Under the pieces are notes generated by a model that was not told where the DNA came from, did no database searches, and saw nothing but the letters and a program-made list of their open reading frames with translations. Made by a program: the position numbers and the translations under genes. 48,415 nt of DNA from an uncultured Nitrososphaerota archaeon (GTDB lineage: Archaea; Korarchaeota; Korarchaeia; Korarchaeales; Korarchaeaceae): contig CAZQNA010000011.1 in assembly GCA_964594835.1 (NCBI GenBank), positions 1-48,415 on the forward strand, written 5' to 3'. This document shows positions 38,012 to 47,783 of the stretch, in pieces; the first letter of the stretch is position 1; every line of letters begins with the position of its first letter.

Positions 38012-38320
38012 CTAATAACCCTCTTTCTCGCACCTAACCACTTCATATTCTATCCCGAGCCTCTCCGCCAGCTGCCTCGCCATTCGCTCGTTCCGTGTCA
38101 GCTTGCTCCCTCCGGCCTTCGCTTCGATGAAGATTATTCTTCCGTCATCGGTAAGGCAGAAGAAATCTGCTCCCTTCCTGAGGGGGAGGAGGATCCGGCA
38201 CCTCCTCTCAAAGATCCTCTTGGTGGCGAGTTCGCACGCGGCGCCGAACTCACGCGGCGACGGGCGCCCCCACCTAGCGGCTATGCGCACCGTCGGTGTT
38301 CGGCCCATATGGTAATTCAA
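38012..38320 (-). CDS. Small PD-(D/E)XK nuclease (Hjc/VRR-NUC-like)
   Basis: GADFF...IIFIEAKAGGSKLTRNE...LGIEYEVVR. Confidence 0.7.
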   Translation of the reverse strand: MNYHMGRTPTVRIAARWGRPSPREFGAACELATKRIFERRCRILLPLRKGADFFCLTDDGRIIFIEAKAGGSKLTRNERMARQLAERLGIEYEVVRCEKEGY

Positions 38321-38355
38321 GAAACGTCAGACTAATAAATCTGATTGTTCCTTTC

Positions 38356-38383
38356 GAATTATCTGGCACCTGCCAGATAATTC
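38356..38383. repeat. 28-bp near-perfect palindrome (13-2-13)
   Basis: GAATTATCTGGCA-cc-TGCCAGATAATTC. Confidence 0.85.
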
Positions 38384-38485
38384 TTGGCTGTAACCTTATC
38401 GGTTTAGGTCGGCGCTTGAATGCGGCTGATGCCGCGCCGGGGGTATTTATATACCTAAGTCAGTATCGATTAACTGATTATATCC

Positions 38486-39424
38486 ATGAATCGATACAGG
38501 TTCCTGAGGCTGGAACTCGCCGAGAGCCCGCTCTGCCCCCGGAGCCTCCTCGACAGGCTGGACGAGGGGGTCGAGAGGCTGAGGGAGTCTCGACCCCTAA
38601 GGGGGCCGGCCCTGGAGAGGCTCAGGAGGCACCTGATCGTCGAGTACATCTACAACTCCAACGCCGTGGAGGGGAACACGCTGACCCTGGGCGAGACCAG
38701 GCTCGTCCTCGAGGAGGGCGTGACCGTCTCGGGTAAGCCCCTCAGGGATCACCTGGAGGCCAAGAACCACCTCCCCGCGCTGGAGTACGTCGAGGAGCTG
38801 GCGAGGGGGCGCAAACCCATCGAGGAGTTCGACCTGCTGAAGCTGCACCACCTGCTGATGCTCGGGATAGAGGAGGCGAGGCCGGGAAGGTACAGGGAGG
38901 GCCTCGTGCTGATAGCGGGGTCGAGGTACGTCCCTCCCCCGGCTGGGGAGGTGCCCAGGCTCGTTCGGCGGTTCCTCGACTGGCTGAACTCCGGCCCCGA
39001 CCTGCACCCCGTCGAGCTGGCGGCCGTGGCCCACGCCTACCTCGTCGCGATACACCCGTTCGAGGACGGGAACGGGAGGACGGCCAGGCTGCTCATGAAC
39101 CTCCTGCTGATGAGGGCGGGCTACCCGATGGCCGTGATCAGGAGGGAGCGCAGGAGGAGCTATCTAAGGGCCCTCGAGGCGGCAGACTCGGGGAACGCGA
39201 GGCCGATTGCCAGGCTGGTGGCGAGGGCCGTGGACGAGAGCCTGACCCTCTACCTTGCCGCGGCCACGGGGCTGGTGCCGCTGGCGAGGGTTGCGAGGGA
39301 GGCGGGGCTGAGCGTGGACTACCTCGGCCAGCTCGCCAGGAAGGGGTACGTGAGGGCCACGAAGCTGGCCGGCAGGTGGTACGTTCCCCCTGAGGAGGCT
39401 GAGAGGCTCAGGTCGAGCCAATAG
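38486..39424 (+). CDS. fic: Fic family protein (class II-like) with C-terminal HTH
   Basis: HPFEDGNGRTAR; N-terminal inhibitory motif SNAVEGN; C-terminal DYLGQLARKG..KLAGRWYV. Confidence 0.93.
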   Translation: MNRYRFLRLELAESPLCPRSLLDRLDEGVERLRESRPLRGPALERLRRHLIVEYIYNSNAVEGNTLTLGETRLVLEEGVTVSGKPLRDHLEAKNHLPALEYVEELARGRKPIEEFDLLKLHHLLMLGIEEARPGRYREGLVLIAGSRYVPPPAGEVPRLVRRFLDWLNSGPDLHPVELAAVAHAYLVAIHPFEDGNGRTARLLMNLLLMRAGYPMAVIRRERRRSYLRALEAADSGNARPIARLVARAVDESLTLYLAAATGLVPLARVAREAGLSVDYLGQLARKGYVRATKLAGRWYVPPEEAERLRSSQ

Positions 39425-39427
39425 TCC

Positions 39428-39928
39428 CTAGTCCAGCAGGCCACCGAGGGAGAGCCACCAGGTGATGAAGAGGACGAGGTACCCCACGCGGGCCCAGGGG
39501 TCCCTTGGATCCTCCGCCTTGGTCAGGGAGGCGCAGCCCAGGCCCCAGAAGGCGGAGACGGCGAGCATAACGAGGTTGTAGGGCGGCCTGGCGCGCAGCC
39601 AGCTGAACGGGCTCAGGGAGTACGTGAGGAACCCCAGGAGGAAGGCGGCCAGGGGCTCGCCCCTCAGGGGCCTCGCCAGGGAGGCCAGGGCGGCCACGAG
39701 TGGGGGGACGAACAGGAAGATGGACAGCTCGTACGCGAGCCTGAGGTCCTCGGGGACCGTGAAGAGGAGCCCGGGAGGGCGGTACTCCGGGTCGCCCGTC
39801 AGGGTCCAGGCGACTCCCATGGCGGTCCTGCACCTTGTGAGGAGGCTGGCCAGGGGAGGGGCGATTGCCATGAAGAGGAGAAGGGCCAGCCAGATGCAGA
39901 GGAAGGCCGAGGTGTCTCTCCAGCCCAC
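39428..39928 (-). CDS. Hypothetical membrane protein (paralogue of 40046..40519)
   Basis: W..L.LLF, PP..AAL, PL.GEP.AAFLLG, EDP shared. Confidence 0.7.
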   Translation of the reverse strand: MGWRDTSAFLCIWLALLLFMAIAPPLASLLTRCRTAMGVAWTLTGDPEYRPPGLLFTVPEDLRLAYELSIFLFVPPLVAALASLARPLRGEPLAAFLLGFLTYSLSPFSWLRARPPYNLVMLAVSAFWGLGCASLTKAEDPRDPWARVGYLVLFITWWLSLGGLLD

Positions 39929-40045
39929 GCGGATCAGGTGGTATCCTGAGGTAATAAGATTGCCCCAATGCTCGATCTCAGGAAATAGCTGGGAGAATGC
40001 GTGGGGTCTTCATTGCATCCACCGACGGTTTTGGTCGTCGCGGGT

Positions 40046-40519
40046 TTAGTCCAGCATCAGCCCGATTGGGAATATCCGGGTGACGAACAGCAGGAGGATG
40101 CCCAGGGCAGCCCTCCAGTCACCCGGATCCTCGGACCCGGCTGCCAGTGAGGCGCCGAGATCCCAGATCAAAGACAGGAGCAGCAGGGCGCCTGCCCACA
40201 CCTTGGCGGGGGTACCCCATGGGCAGCTCGTGACGAGGCAGCCGAGCGGGGGAAAGGACGTGCCGAAGGAGAGCAGGTAAGTTGACGCCCCCAGCAAGAA
40301 CGCGGCCGACGGCTCTCCATTCAGTGGAGGGGAGAGACAGGAGAGCGCCGCTAGGATCGGGGGGATCATCAAGATCAGGAGGAAGAAGTTGAGGAACTCC
40401 ACGGGCTCCAGGGTTGGGTAGCCCAGAGAGCCGCTCCTCAGGAGGATGGCGCGCACGGCGTAGAACAGGAGGATCAGCAGCCAGAGGGCGAGGAACGCCG
40501 GGGAGCGGCGCCAGCTCAC
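40046..40519 (-). CDS. Hypothetical membrane protein (paralogue of 39428..39928)
   Basis: Same motifs as the neighbouring gene. Confidence 0.7.
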   Translation of the reverse strand: MSWRRSPAFLALWLLILLFYAVRAILLRSGSLGYPTLEPVEFLNFFLLILMIPPILAALSCLSPPLNGEPSAAFLLGASTYLLSFGTSFPPLGCLVTSCPWGTPAKVWAGALLLLSLIWDLGASLAAGSEDPGDWRAALGILLLFVTRIFPIGLMLD

Positions 40520-40581
40520 GGGTATCCTGGGAACGGGGCCGACACCCTATAAGCCAACCGCTCAGGGCTACAAACGAGGGC

Positions 40582-41559
40582 TCAGCCCCGCTCGAACCCG
40601 GCCGACGCCCACAGGAAGAGCCCGGGCGGCAGCGACGAGGCCGAGATCACCACCGTCCCGACGACCGTGTCGAAGGACAGCGTGGGTATCGAGAACGAGG
40701 GCTCGAGGGACAGCCTCCCGGTCAGCCTCGCCTCCCGGCCGGGCGCCAGGTCGAGCCGGCCCGACGAGTCGAGCTCAACGCGGAGGCCGTGCACCTCCAG
40801 GGGAGAGAGCGTCACGACCGCTCGATCCCTGCCCGAGTTCCAGAGCTCGAGCGTGAACTCTCCCGATCCCCCACTCAGGCGCCTCCCGACCTCCCGGACC
40901 CTGCAGCCCAGGCCCGCTCCCCCCAGCCTGACGGAGCACCCGGCCACCCTCGGCATCGTGCCCCCCTCGGGCTGGCCCGGCTGCCCCCGCAGGACCAGGT
41001 CGAGCCTGTCGCCGGAGGGGTGCTCCCAGGAGATCCCGTACAGGGAGCCACCTTCGAGCCGACCCCGCCAGCGGAAGCCCGAGCCCCGTCTGAGGGACTG
41101 GAAGACCTTGGGCGGAGACTCCCTCGAGAAGCGGATCAGCCAGCAGTCTCTCCGCTCCCCCTCGGAGGGCGCGATGGCCGGGAGGAACCCGCGCGACCTG
41201 TAGAGCCTGGCCGCAGGCTCGTTGCGGGGGTCGGTCATGACCAGCTGCGCCCAGAACCCCTCCCGCTCCGCCAGCCGTATGGCGGCGTCGAGCAGGGCCC
41301 CGCCCACGCCCCTCCCCCTGTGGGAGGGGTGCACGAGGAGGTTGACCACCTCGGAGTAGGGGCTGTAGGCCAGGTCGACCGTGACCTTCCCAAGGACGCG
41401 ACCGCCCGCCTCGGCCACCAGGACCCCGCTCCACCTCCCGCCAGCCAGCCAGCGCTCAAACGCGGACTCGCTGAAGGGCCACCCCTCCAGCCTGTGCAGC
41501 TCGAGCAGGTCCTCCAGGTCTCCCTTCGAGACCTCTCTCACCCTCACCCCCGCTCTCAC
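40582..41559 (-). CDS. GNAT N-acetyltransferase with C-terminal beta domain
   Basis: LLVHPSHRGRGVGGALL, NEPAARLYRSRGF; start approximate. Confidence 0.85.
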   Translation of the reverse strand: MRAGVRVREVSKGDLEDLLELHRLEGWPFSESAFERWLAGGRWSGVLVAEAGGRVLGKVTVDLAYSPYSEVVNLLVHPSHRGRGVGGALLDAAIRLAEREGFWAQLVMTDPRNEPAARLYRSRGFLPAIAPSEGERRDCWLIRFSRESPPKVFQSLRRGSGFRWRGRLEGGSLYGISWEHPSGDRLDLVLRGQPGQPEGGTMPRVAGCSVRLGGAGLGCRVREVGRRLSGGSGEFTLELWNSGRDRAVVTLSPLEVHGLRVELDSSGRLDLAPGREARLTGRLSLEPSFSIPTLSFDTVVGTVVISASSLPPGLFLWASAGFERG

Positions 41560-41858
41560 GCCAACACCCACGCCCACGCCCGTCCTCGCCCTCCCCCAGA
41601 GTCCACGCCACGCCTCGACCTCGGGCCTTGCGCCGATCCCGCGACCCTCGCTCGGGTTTAAGGGCGCGTGCCGGCGGTGGGAGATGATGACAGGCGCCGC
41701 CCTCAGGACGGGGACTGGAGATAGGCTTATCTTGAGCGCGAGGCGGCCACATCCCGCTTCTGGATCGACGGGGGCGTCTGGGCCGCCGACTGAAGGGGAC
41801 CGACCAGGTGGCTCCCCGGGGGCAACATTTTTATCCCGGGACCGCTGAGGGCGAGTTG

Positions 41859-41932
41859 GGGCCCGTAGCTCAGTATGGTAGAGCGCCCGGCTCTTAACCG
41901 GGAGGTCGGGGGTTCGAAGCCCCTCGGGCCCG
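41859..41932 (+). tRNA. tRNA-Lys(CTT), CCA not encoded
   Basis: CCCGG-CTCTTAA-CCGGG; TTTTTAT upstream; followed by a pyrimidine tract. Confidence 0.93.
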
Positions 41933-42005
41933 TTCTCCTTCCTTTTCTCGCAATTTCGGGCATTTTCCTTCAAAATCTCGGGAAATAAAGACGTCTCGTT
42001 CCGAT

Positions 42006-42575
42006 TTATCGCTGGCCCCCTTGGGCGGCCCTGGTCGCTGGTCCGCCCCCGCCCATCCTATCTCGAACCTCGCGCCTGGCCAGCCTGTAGGCGTCGTAGG
42101 CCGAGAGTATGGGGGCCAGACCAGTCGGCAGGACGAGGATCGTGGCCACGTCAGACACGACCTCGGGGAGTTCAAACCCGTAGGAGACCTCGAAGAGCAC
42201 CCAGACGACCGAGACGGAGCCCCAGATCTTCCAGGCCCTGCCGTCCCTCCCGACGTAGGCCTGCCCCAGCCCGGGCAGGATGAGGGAGAGCAGCGCGGCC
42301 CACCAGGGGCTGGGCGGGGACGGGGGGCCGCTCGCCGTCCTCTTGGCGTCGATCAGGGACCACGGGTACAGGAAGATCAGCGTGAAGGCGCACATCAGCT
42401 CAGCGGCGTAGGCCTCGGCCCTCTCCCAGCCCCCCAGGGCGACAGCGGAGGCTAGCAGCGCCCAGAAGGCAGCCCAAATCTTGAGCCCCCTGGTCCTGTC
42501 CCCGGCGTACGCCGTCCCGAGCCCGGGCTGGATGGCCGAGATGAGAACGGCAAGCCAGGACCTCTTGCCCACCAA
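42006..42575 (-). CDS. Membrane protein with an internal duplication
   Basis: AVLISAIQPGLGTAYAG...DAKR and AALLSLILPGLGQAYVG...DAYR. Confidence 0.75.
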   Translation of the reverse strand: MVGKRSWLAVLISAIQPGLGTAYAGDRTRGLKIWAAFWALLASAVALGGWERAEAYAAELMCAFTLIFLYPWSLIDAKRTASGPPSPPSPWWAALLSLILPGLGQAYVGRDGRAWKIWGSVSVVWVLFEVSYGFELPEVVSDVATILVLPTGLAPILSAYDAYRLARREVRDRMGGGGPATRAAQGGQR

Positions 42576-42669
42576 AGCCCATCACCGCGACCCGGCGTCC
42601 GCGCGCCGCCAGACTGGCGGGGAGGGAGGTGAACCTTATTAGGCATTTGCCTTGAAATTATTCCCCCTA

Positions 42670-45450
42670 ATGGGGGGTAGGGTCAGAACATTCCTCGCCG
42701 CCCTCCTGATCTCGCTGGCGTTGTCCCCCTCCGCGGGGGTCGGCCTGGCGTCCCCCAACCCGGCGCGCATCTCCCTATACGTCCGCCCCCGAAACGTGCG
42801 GCCGGGCCGGGCGGTGTCGATCAGGGCCTCCGCGTGGTCCGCCGACGGATCCCTCCTGGTCGAGCTGACGGTCTTCGTCCAGGGGCCCGGCTTCACCAGG
42901 ACCCTCGGCTCCGCGGGCGGCTCTGGGAGGGCGTCCTGGTCGGGCTCGTGGAGGCCCCCGGCGAGGGGGAGGTACGAGGTCTGGGCCATCGCCAGGGTCA
43001 GGAGGCCCGGGGGCGGGCTCAGGGGATCCGCCACCGCCCACGCCTCGATAAGGGTGGCCGAGCCGTCGGCCTGGAGGCGAGCGCCCCGGGCGGCCGGGCG
43101 CCCGCGTCCACGCCCGCGCCTTCACATGCGCCTGCGCCGGGACCTCGCTGCCGGGGTGAGGCGCGCCGTCTCGAGGGCGCGCCGCCTTGCCGGGAGGGCC
43201 TTCGGGCTCCTCAGGAGAGTCGGGACGGGGGTCAGTCACCGCCTGGCGGGGATCAGGTACCGCCTGGACCGCCTGAGCTACAGGGCCTCGAGCGCTGTGA
43301 GGAGGGCGTCTTCTGGCCTCGTCCGAAGGTACTGGGGGGCGGTCCACGCGGTGTCTGGGGCCGCGGACAGGTCCAGCTCGCCGGCGGCCGTCTTCGCCCT
43401 CTCGGCCGCCGAGGCCATCGTAGAGGCCCCGGGAGGGACCGCGCTGGGCTTCGCGGTTGGGGCAGGCAGGTGGTACCGGCTCACCTCCCGAGCCAACGGG
43501 GCCCTGTCCCGGATCGACCGCCGCCTCGAGCGGTGGGCCCGGCGGAGGCTGCCCAGACCGGCCGCCAGGCTGGTCTCCTGGGCTGCCCGGCTCGACTCCT
43601 CCGCGCGGTCCAGGGCCGCCTTCGGGCTGGCCGGCCTCATGGAGGCGGCCAACTTCCTCTCCTTCGGCCTGCTCGGGGCCGTCAGGGACGCTGCCGCCAG
43701 GGGGAAGAGGGTCGGCTACCGCAGGGCCCTGAGGGAGGAGCTCAGGGCCCAGACCCTCCCGGGGCAGGTCGCGTGGCTGCTGGAGGAGTCCCTCGGGCCC
43801 AGGAGGAGCTGGAGGGAGAGGGCCAGGGCGGCCGGGACGCTCGCCGGCCTGGCGATCCTCGCCGCCTCTACCTCCAGGAGGAGGGCGTCGGGGCTCGAGT
43901 CCAACCCGCGGGCCAGGGCGCTCCTCAGGAGGATCAGGCTCAGGCTGGGGGGCAGGAGGGCCGGGATAATCAAGAAGAGGGCGATAGAGGTCGCTGAACT
44001 CTTCGGGGAGGAGGAGGCGATCAGGTACCTCAGGGGAGACGCCAACTTCGTCAGGCTGCTGGGGAAGGAGAGGATAATCAGGGGTGAGAAGAGGGTCAGG
44101 ATCTACCTCAAGCTTAGCTCCTACGAGATTGGGAGGCTCGGCCTCAAATCCGAGGAGTACGCGAACCTCGTCTTCAGGACCGCCGACGGCAGGACCTTCG
44201 AGGTCAGCCTGAAGGTTCCGAAGGAGATGAGCAACGGGAAGATGGAGATTGTGATCCCCTACCTGTCGGACATGCACCCGGAGCTGGCGAACCAGCTGGT
44301 CGAGCTGGAGGTCAGGCCCCCGAGGGACGTGGGGTGGCTGATGAGCATCACCGACGACAGGGGGTACAGGAAGCTCAAGGTGAGCTCCGAGTACACCAAG
44401 ATGAAGGGGGCCCTCAGGGAGGGGCTGGCCCCCGATCGGCTGGTCAGGGTGGAGGTGGACGGCCGCGGGTACTACGCGGTCCTGAGGAGGTCCGGCGACG
44501 ACCTCACCCTCACCCTCCCGAGGGATGTGCCCCCGGGGCGCCACCTCGTCAGGATCAGGGAGGCCCGGCTGGGCGAGGTCTTTCCGTCTGAGCCGGTGCC
44601 CGGCCTCAGGCTGGAGTACTCCGGGGAGACCATGTCGGTCAGTGCGGTCGGGGACGGGGGGAGGCCCCTGACCATCGCCGAGGGGATAAGGCCCGAGCTG
44701 GATCCCTACACGGGTGAGCTTAGGCTCCTGTTCAGCGTGAACGGCGTCGAGTTCGCTCTGGGGGTGGATGGAGGCCTGATGGTCAGGGTCTGCAGGAAGT
44801 GGGTCGGGGTTGAGAGAGTGAGGGTGGTGGGCGGCGAGGTGTCCGTGGTAACAGGGCTGGGCGAAGTCTCACTCGGCGGAAGGATGAGAGCTGGGCTCTC
44901 CACGGTCAAGGAAGATCTCACCCTGAACAGCCCGATCGTCGTGCCCGACGAGATCCTGAAAAGTCCCGAGATTCAGGCCGGAATCTCGGAGTATGTGAAC
45001 TCTCTGAGGGGTGGGGAGGAAGGCACTTTCCGAGTAGAACTTGGAGATCTCGGGGAGGATATTGCTAAAAGATACTTTAGACTAAAAGGGTTTGAATTCG
45101 AAGACCACGGGAGGCGTTCTTCCATGATTGATGGCTTTGTTATAGAGAATGGAGTGAAGATCCCCGTAGAAGTCAAGACCTCCGCCGTCGACGATTTCTC
45201 GACTCTGATCAGCAGGGCCATAAGGGGAGATGTAAGATCTAGCGGAGAGGTTAGGGGCGGCGCGCTCAACAAGTACTTCAGGAGCCACCCTGAGGTGCCG
45301 TACGGATACGCCGTGGCGGTGAAATACGAGGATGGGAGGCTGCTCATGCTCATAAGGAAGGTCGTGAACCCATTCAGCAGGACCGCTGGCTCCGGCCCAC
45401 CGACGCGCCCGCCAGACCGCACCCGCCTGCCTGAGAGCATACCGGGGTGA
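42670..45450 (+). CDS. Large secreted multidomain protein with C-terminal restriction-endonuclease-like domain (candidate polymorphic toxin)
   Basis: Signal peptide, Ig-like domain, Arg/Ala-rich helices, C-terminal GDLGEDIA...IDGF...PVEVKT. Confidence 0.65.
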   Translation: MGGRVRTFLAALLISLALSPSAGVGLASPNPARISLYVRPRNVRPGRAVSIRASAWSADGSLLVELTVFVQGPGFTRTLGSAGGSGRASWSGSWRPPARGRYEVWAIARVRRPGGGLRGSATAHASIRVAEPSAWRRAPRAAGRPRPRPRLHMRLRRDLAAGVRRAVSRARRLAGRAFGLLRRVGTGVSHRLAGIRYRLDRLSYRASSAVRRASSGLVRRYWGAVHAVSGAADRSSSPAAVFALSAAEAIVEAPGGTALGFAVGAGRWYRLTSRANGALSRIDRRLERWARRRLPRPAARLVSWAARLDSSARSRAAFGLAGLMEAANFLSFGLLGAVRDAAARGKRVGYRRALREELRAQTLPGQVAWLLEESLGPRRSWRERARAAGTLAGLAILAASTSRRRASGLESNPRARALLRRIRLRLGGRRAGIIKKRAIEVAELFGEEEAIRYLRGDANFVRLLGKERIIRGEKRVRIYLKLSSYEIGRLGLKSEEYANLVFRTADGRTFEVSLKVPKEMSNGKMEIVIPYLSDMHPELANQLVELEVRPPRDVGWLMSITDDRGYRKLKVSSEYTKMKGALREGLAPDRLVRVEVDGRGYYAVLRRSGDDLTLTLPRDVPPGRHLVRIREARLGEVFPSEPVPGLRLEYSGETMSVSAVGDGGRPLTIAEGIRPELDPYTGELRLLFSVNGVEFALGVDGGLMVRVCRKWVGVERVRVVGGEVSVVTGLGEVSLGGRMRAGLSTVKEDLTLNSPIVVPDEILKSPEIQAGISEYVNSLRGGEEGTFRVELGDLGEDIAKRYFRLKGFEFEDHGRRSSMIDGFVIENGVKIPVEVKTSAVDDFSTLISRAIRGDVRSSGEVRGGALNKYFRSHPEVPYGYAVAVKYEDGRLLMLIRKVVNPFSRTAGSGPPTRPPDRTRLPESIPG

Positions 45451-46082
45451 GGGCGATGCCCAGGAGGGACGTTGAGGGGATAGAGAAGCTCGAGAAAGAG
45501 GTTCTTGACGCCATCCTCAGCGAGTACGGGTCTGCCAGAGAGAGAATGAGCGACAGACTCAGAATGGAGTTCAGCAGACTGGCGAGGGCCTCAGCCATCG
45601 TGATAGCCGCCTACGGATCTGAAGAGTGGTTCGTGAAGTACGGAGGGGCGCTTGTGGCGCTCCCGGACGTGGATCCGGTGTGGACCGTGCACATAAACAG
45701 CGCAGTACTTCCGAGGCCGGGCCCGACCTACGTCGTCCTGAGCAGGGGCCTCTATGCTGAGGGGAGGGAGTACGTGCCGTTCGACGTGCCCGGGCTGGAG
45801 CAGGTCTCCCCAGCCGAGCTTGATGTGGACTCATGGGAGAAATACGCCTCTGAGCACCCAGAGGCAGCCAGGCACCTCGACACCGCCCTGAGGCTCGCCT
45901 GGGCCGCGACCCACAGATTCAACCTGCCTGTGCTAGTGGTGAGGTGGCGCAGGCCTCCCCTGTCTTACCGGGTCCTCCTGCCCATCGAGGACTTCAGGGA
46001 CGAGGACGTCCTGAAGTCGCTGGAGGCGATGGAGTGGATGCTGGAGCAGCTGAGGCGGACCGACTTTCCTCTGATGAAGTGA
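45447..46082 (+). CDS. Hypothetical protein (candidate immunity protein)
   Basis: Acidic cytoplasmic 211-aa ORF with GTGA overlap to the upstream gene. Confidence 0.6.
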   Translation: MRAMPRRDVEGIEKLEKEVLDAILSEYGSARERMSDRLRMEFSRLARASAIVIAAYGSEEWFVKYGGALVALPDVDPVWTVHINSAVLPRPGPTYVVLSRGLYAEGREYVPFDVPGLEQVSPAELDVDSWEKYASEHPEAARHLDTALRLAWAATHRFNLPVLVVRWRRPPLSYRVLLPIEDFRDEDVLKSLEAMEWMLEQLRRTDFPLMK

Positions 46083-46226
46083 ACCCGACTGAGGATCGGA
46101 GACAGGGGGAAGTGGGCTTTCCCCCAGCCAGCGGGGTGAAGGCTAACCTCTGGATCCCAGCCGTTCGGCAGTCGCCCGGACCCTAATACGCAATGCCCTC
46201 ACGGCGGGGCGCGGGTAGGATGGGGG

Positions 46227-47324
46227 ATGAGGTGCAGCGAGCTGCTCGCTCTTCTGGCCGCGGCGGTCCTCTTGGCGGCCTCTGCAGGCGTTCTCCCCGC
46301 GACGCACGGACTCGGCCGCGGCTCTCCGGAATCGGCCCGCCCCGGCGAGCACCTCAGCCTGAGGGAGTTCCCCCGCCCGTTCGTCAGGAACGGGACGGTG
46401 GACTACGACTGGGACGGTTCGCCAGACGTCGCCATAGTCGTGGGCACCCACGGAGGCTCCTGGGTGGCGCCGGAGGACCTGAAGGCCGCCGTCCTCCTGG
46501 GCGCGAAGGTGGGGTCCCACCTCTCTCACGCGCGCCTCTGGGACTCCTACGCGAACCTCACGGGGGAGTGGAGGGGGACCAGGCTGCTCGACCCGCGGAA
46601 CGGGGACGCGACTCCGCCTGGCGAGGTGGACCTGATCTACGAGGGAGAGGACGTCTTCAGCTTCGTCAGGGCGCCGCTGGTCTGGTCGGACGTCGAGTTG
46701 CTAGACGAGAACTACGAGCCCACTCAGGCGGCGCTGGAGCTAGGCCTGCTGGACAGGGAGCTGATACTGGTTGGAGGGCCCAGGGCCAACCGCCTAGTGG
46801 ACTACCTGAACGACTCAGGCCTCCTGTGGATCCCCTTCGTCGGGGACAGGCCCTACGACGCCGGGTACTGCGCCGGCGCCGGAGGGGGCGGGGGCTGGGG
46901 ACACGTGGACCTAGAAGGCCTCGCCCAGGTCGTGCCCCAGCTGGCGATCGGCCACGTGAGGGGGATCGGGGTGATCCAGTACGCCAGGGGAGACCCGTGG
47001 GGTGAGAGGAAGAATGACATACTCGTGGTGGCCGGAGACAACAGGTACGGCACCCTCATGGCGGCCGTGGCCCTGGCGGACCCCACAAGGATAGTTAGTG
47101 TGCCGAGGGACTCCGCGGTGGCGTTCTACGATCCCTCGAGGGTATGCGGTCGTGAGTTTCCGGCGGTGATCGTGGCCGGCGTCGTCGAGGTCCCGGGGAG
47201 CCCAGGTCCGTGCCCGCCTCCCAAGGCCGCGCCTTCAGCGAGCCGGATCCCGATCGTCGTCATCCTGTGGCCCTGGCCAGCCGAGACGGCTCCCGTGGGC
47301 CGAGCGTGCGCCGGTGGGGGGTGA
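46227..47324 (+). CDS. S-layer-domain-like secreted protein
   Basis: Signal peptide; FPRPFVRNG, IVVG...ED..AA, LILVGGPRANRL, ILVVAGDNRYGT. Confidence 0.75.
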   Translation: MRCSELLALLAAAVLLAASAGVLPATHGLGRGSPESARPGEHLSLREFPRPFVRNGTVDYDWDGSPDVAIVVGTHGGSWVAPEDLKAAVLLGAKVGSHLSHARLWDSYANLTGEWRGTRLLDPRNGDATPPGEVDLIYEGEDVFSFVRAPLVWSDVELLDENYEPTQAALELGLLDRELILVGGPRANRLVDYLNDSGLLWIPFVGDRPYDAGYCAGAGGGGGWGHVDLEGLAQVVPQLAIGHVRGIGVIQYARGDPWGERKNDILVVAGDNRYGTLMAAVALADPTRIVSVPRDSAVAFYDPSRVCGREFPAVIVAGVVEVPGSPGPCPPPKAAPSASRIPIVVILWPWPAETAPVGRACAGGG

Positions 47325-47390
47325 GGCGCAGTCGGCGAACTGACATCGCCGCGGATCCGCCTGGGTGGGTGCCGAGCGAGGGTACCATTT

Positions 47391-47639
47391 TTGAGGCCGT
47401 CTGGGACATCTGAGACATCGAGAATGCGGGTGCTCGTCAGGCTCGCAGAGGAGATGAGCAGGCTTCTGAACAGGGTGGCCCGAGGTCTCGGCGTCATCAG
47501 GGCCGAGGTCGTGGGGAGAGCCCTCATGCCTTACCTGGCCAGGGAGAGGGGGAGGACGACCAAGAGAATGAGGGGCATGATCAGGCCCAGGCTATCAATG
47601 GAGGAGCTGGAAGATCTCTACTGGGAAGGCGCCCGTTGA
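47391..47639 (+). CDS. RHH-type antitoxin (possibly degenerate)
   Basis: VLVRLAEEM..LLNRVAR.LGV.RAEVV.RAL; SMEELEDLY. Confidence 0.6.
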   Translation: MRPSGTSETSRMRVLVRLAEEMSRLLNRVARGLGVIRAEVVGRALMPYLARERGRTTKRMRGMIRPRLSMEELEDLYWEGAR

Positions 47640-47783
47640 GAGGCCGAGGAGATCCCGAGCGCGGTGGAGGTAGAGAGCAGGATACCTCTGTGCACCGCGT
47701 AGGTGCGCCTCAAGCTCGGGCTCAAGATGGCGACGTTCGACTCCGACTTCAGGAGGGTTCCCGGGCTGGAGGTCGTTCCCTGA
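47636..47783 (+). pseudogene. VapC relic (C-terminal part only)
   Basis: LGLKMATFDSDFRRVPGLEVVP* preceded by an in-frame TAG. Confidence 0.65.

Noticed and set aside
38356-38383. dif site (can be parsed as 11-6-11, 28 bp)
   Set aside because: Lacks the TAA/TTA inner arm ends typical of Xer sites; kept only as a palindrome
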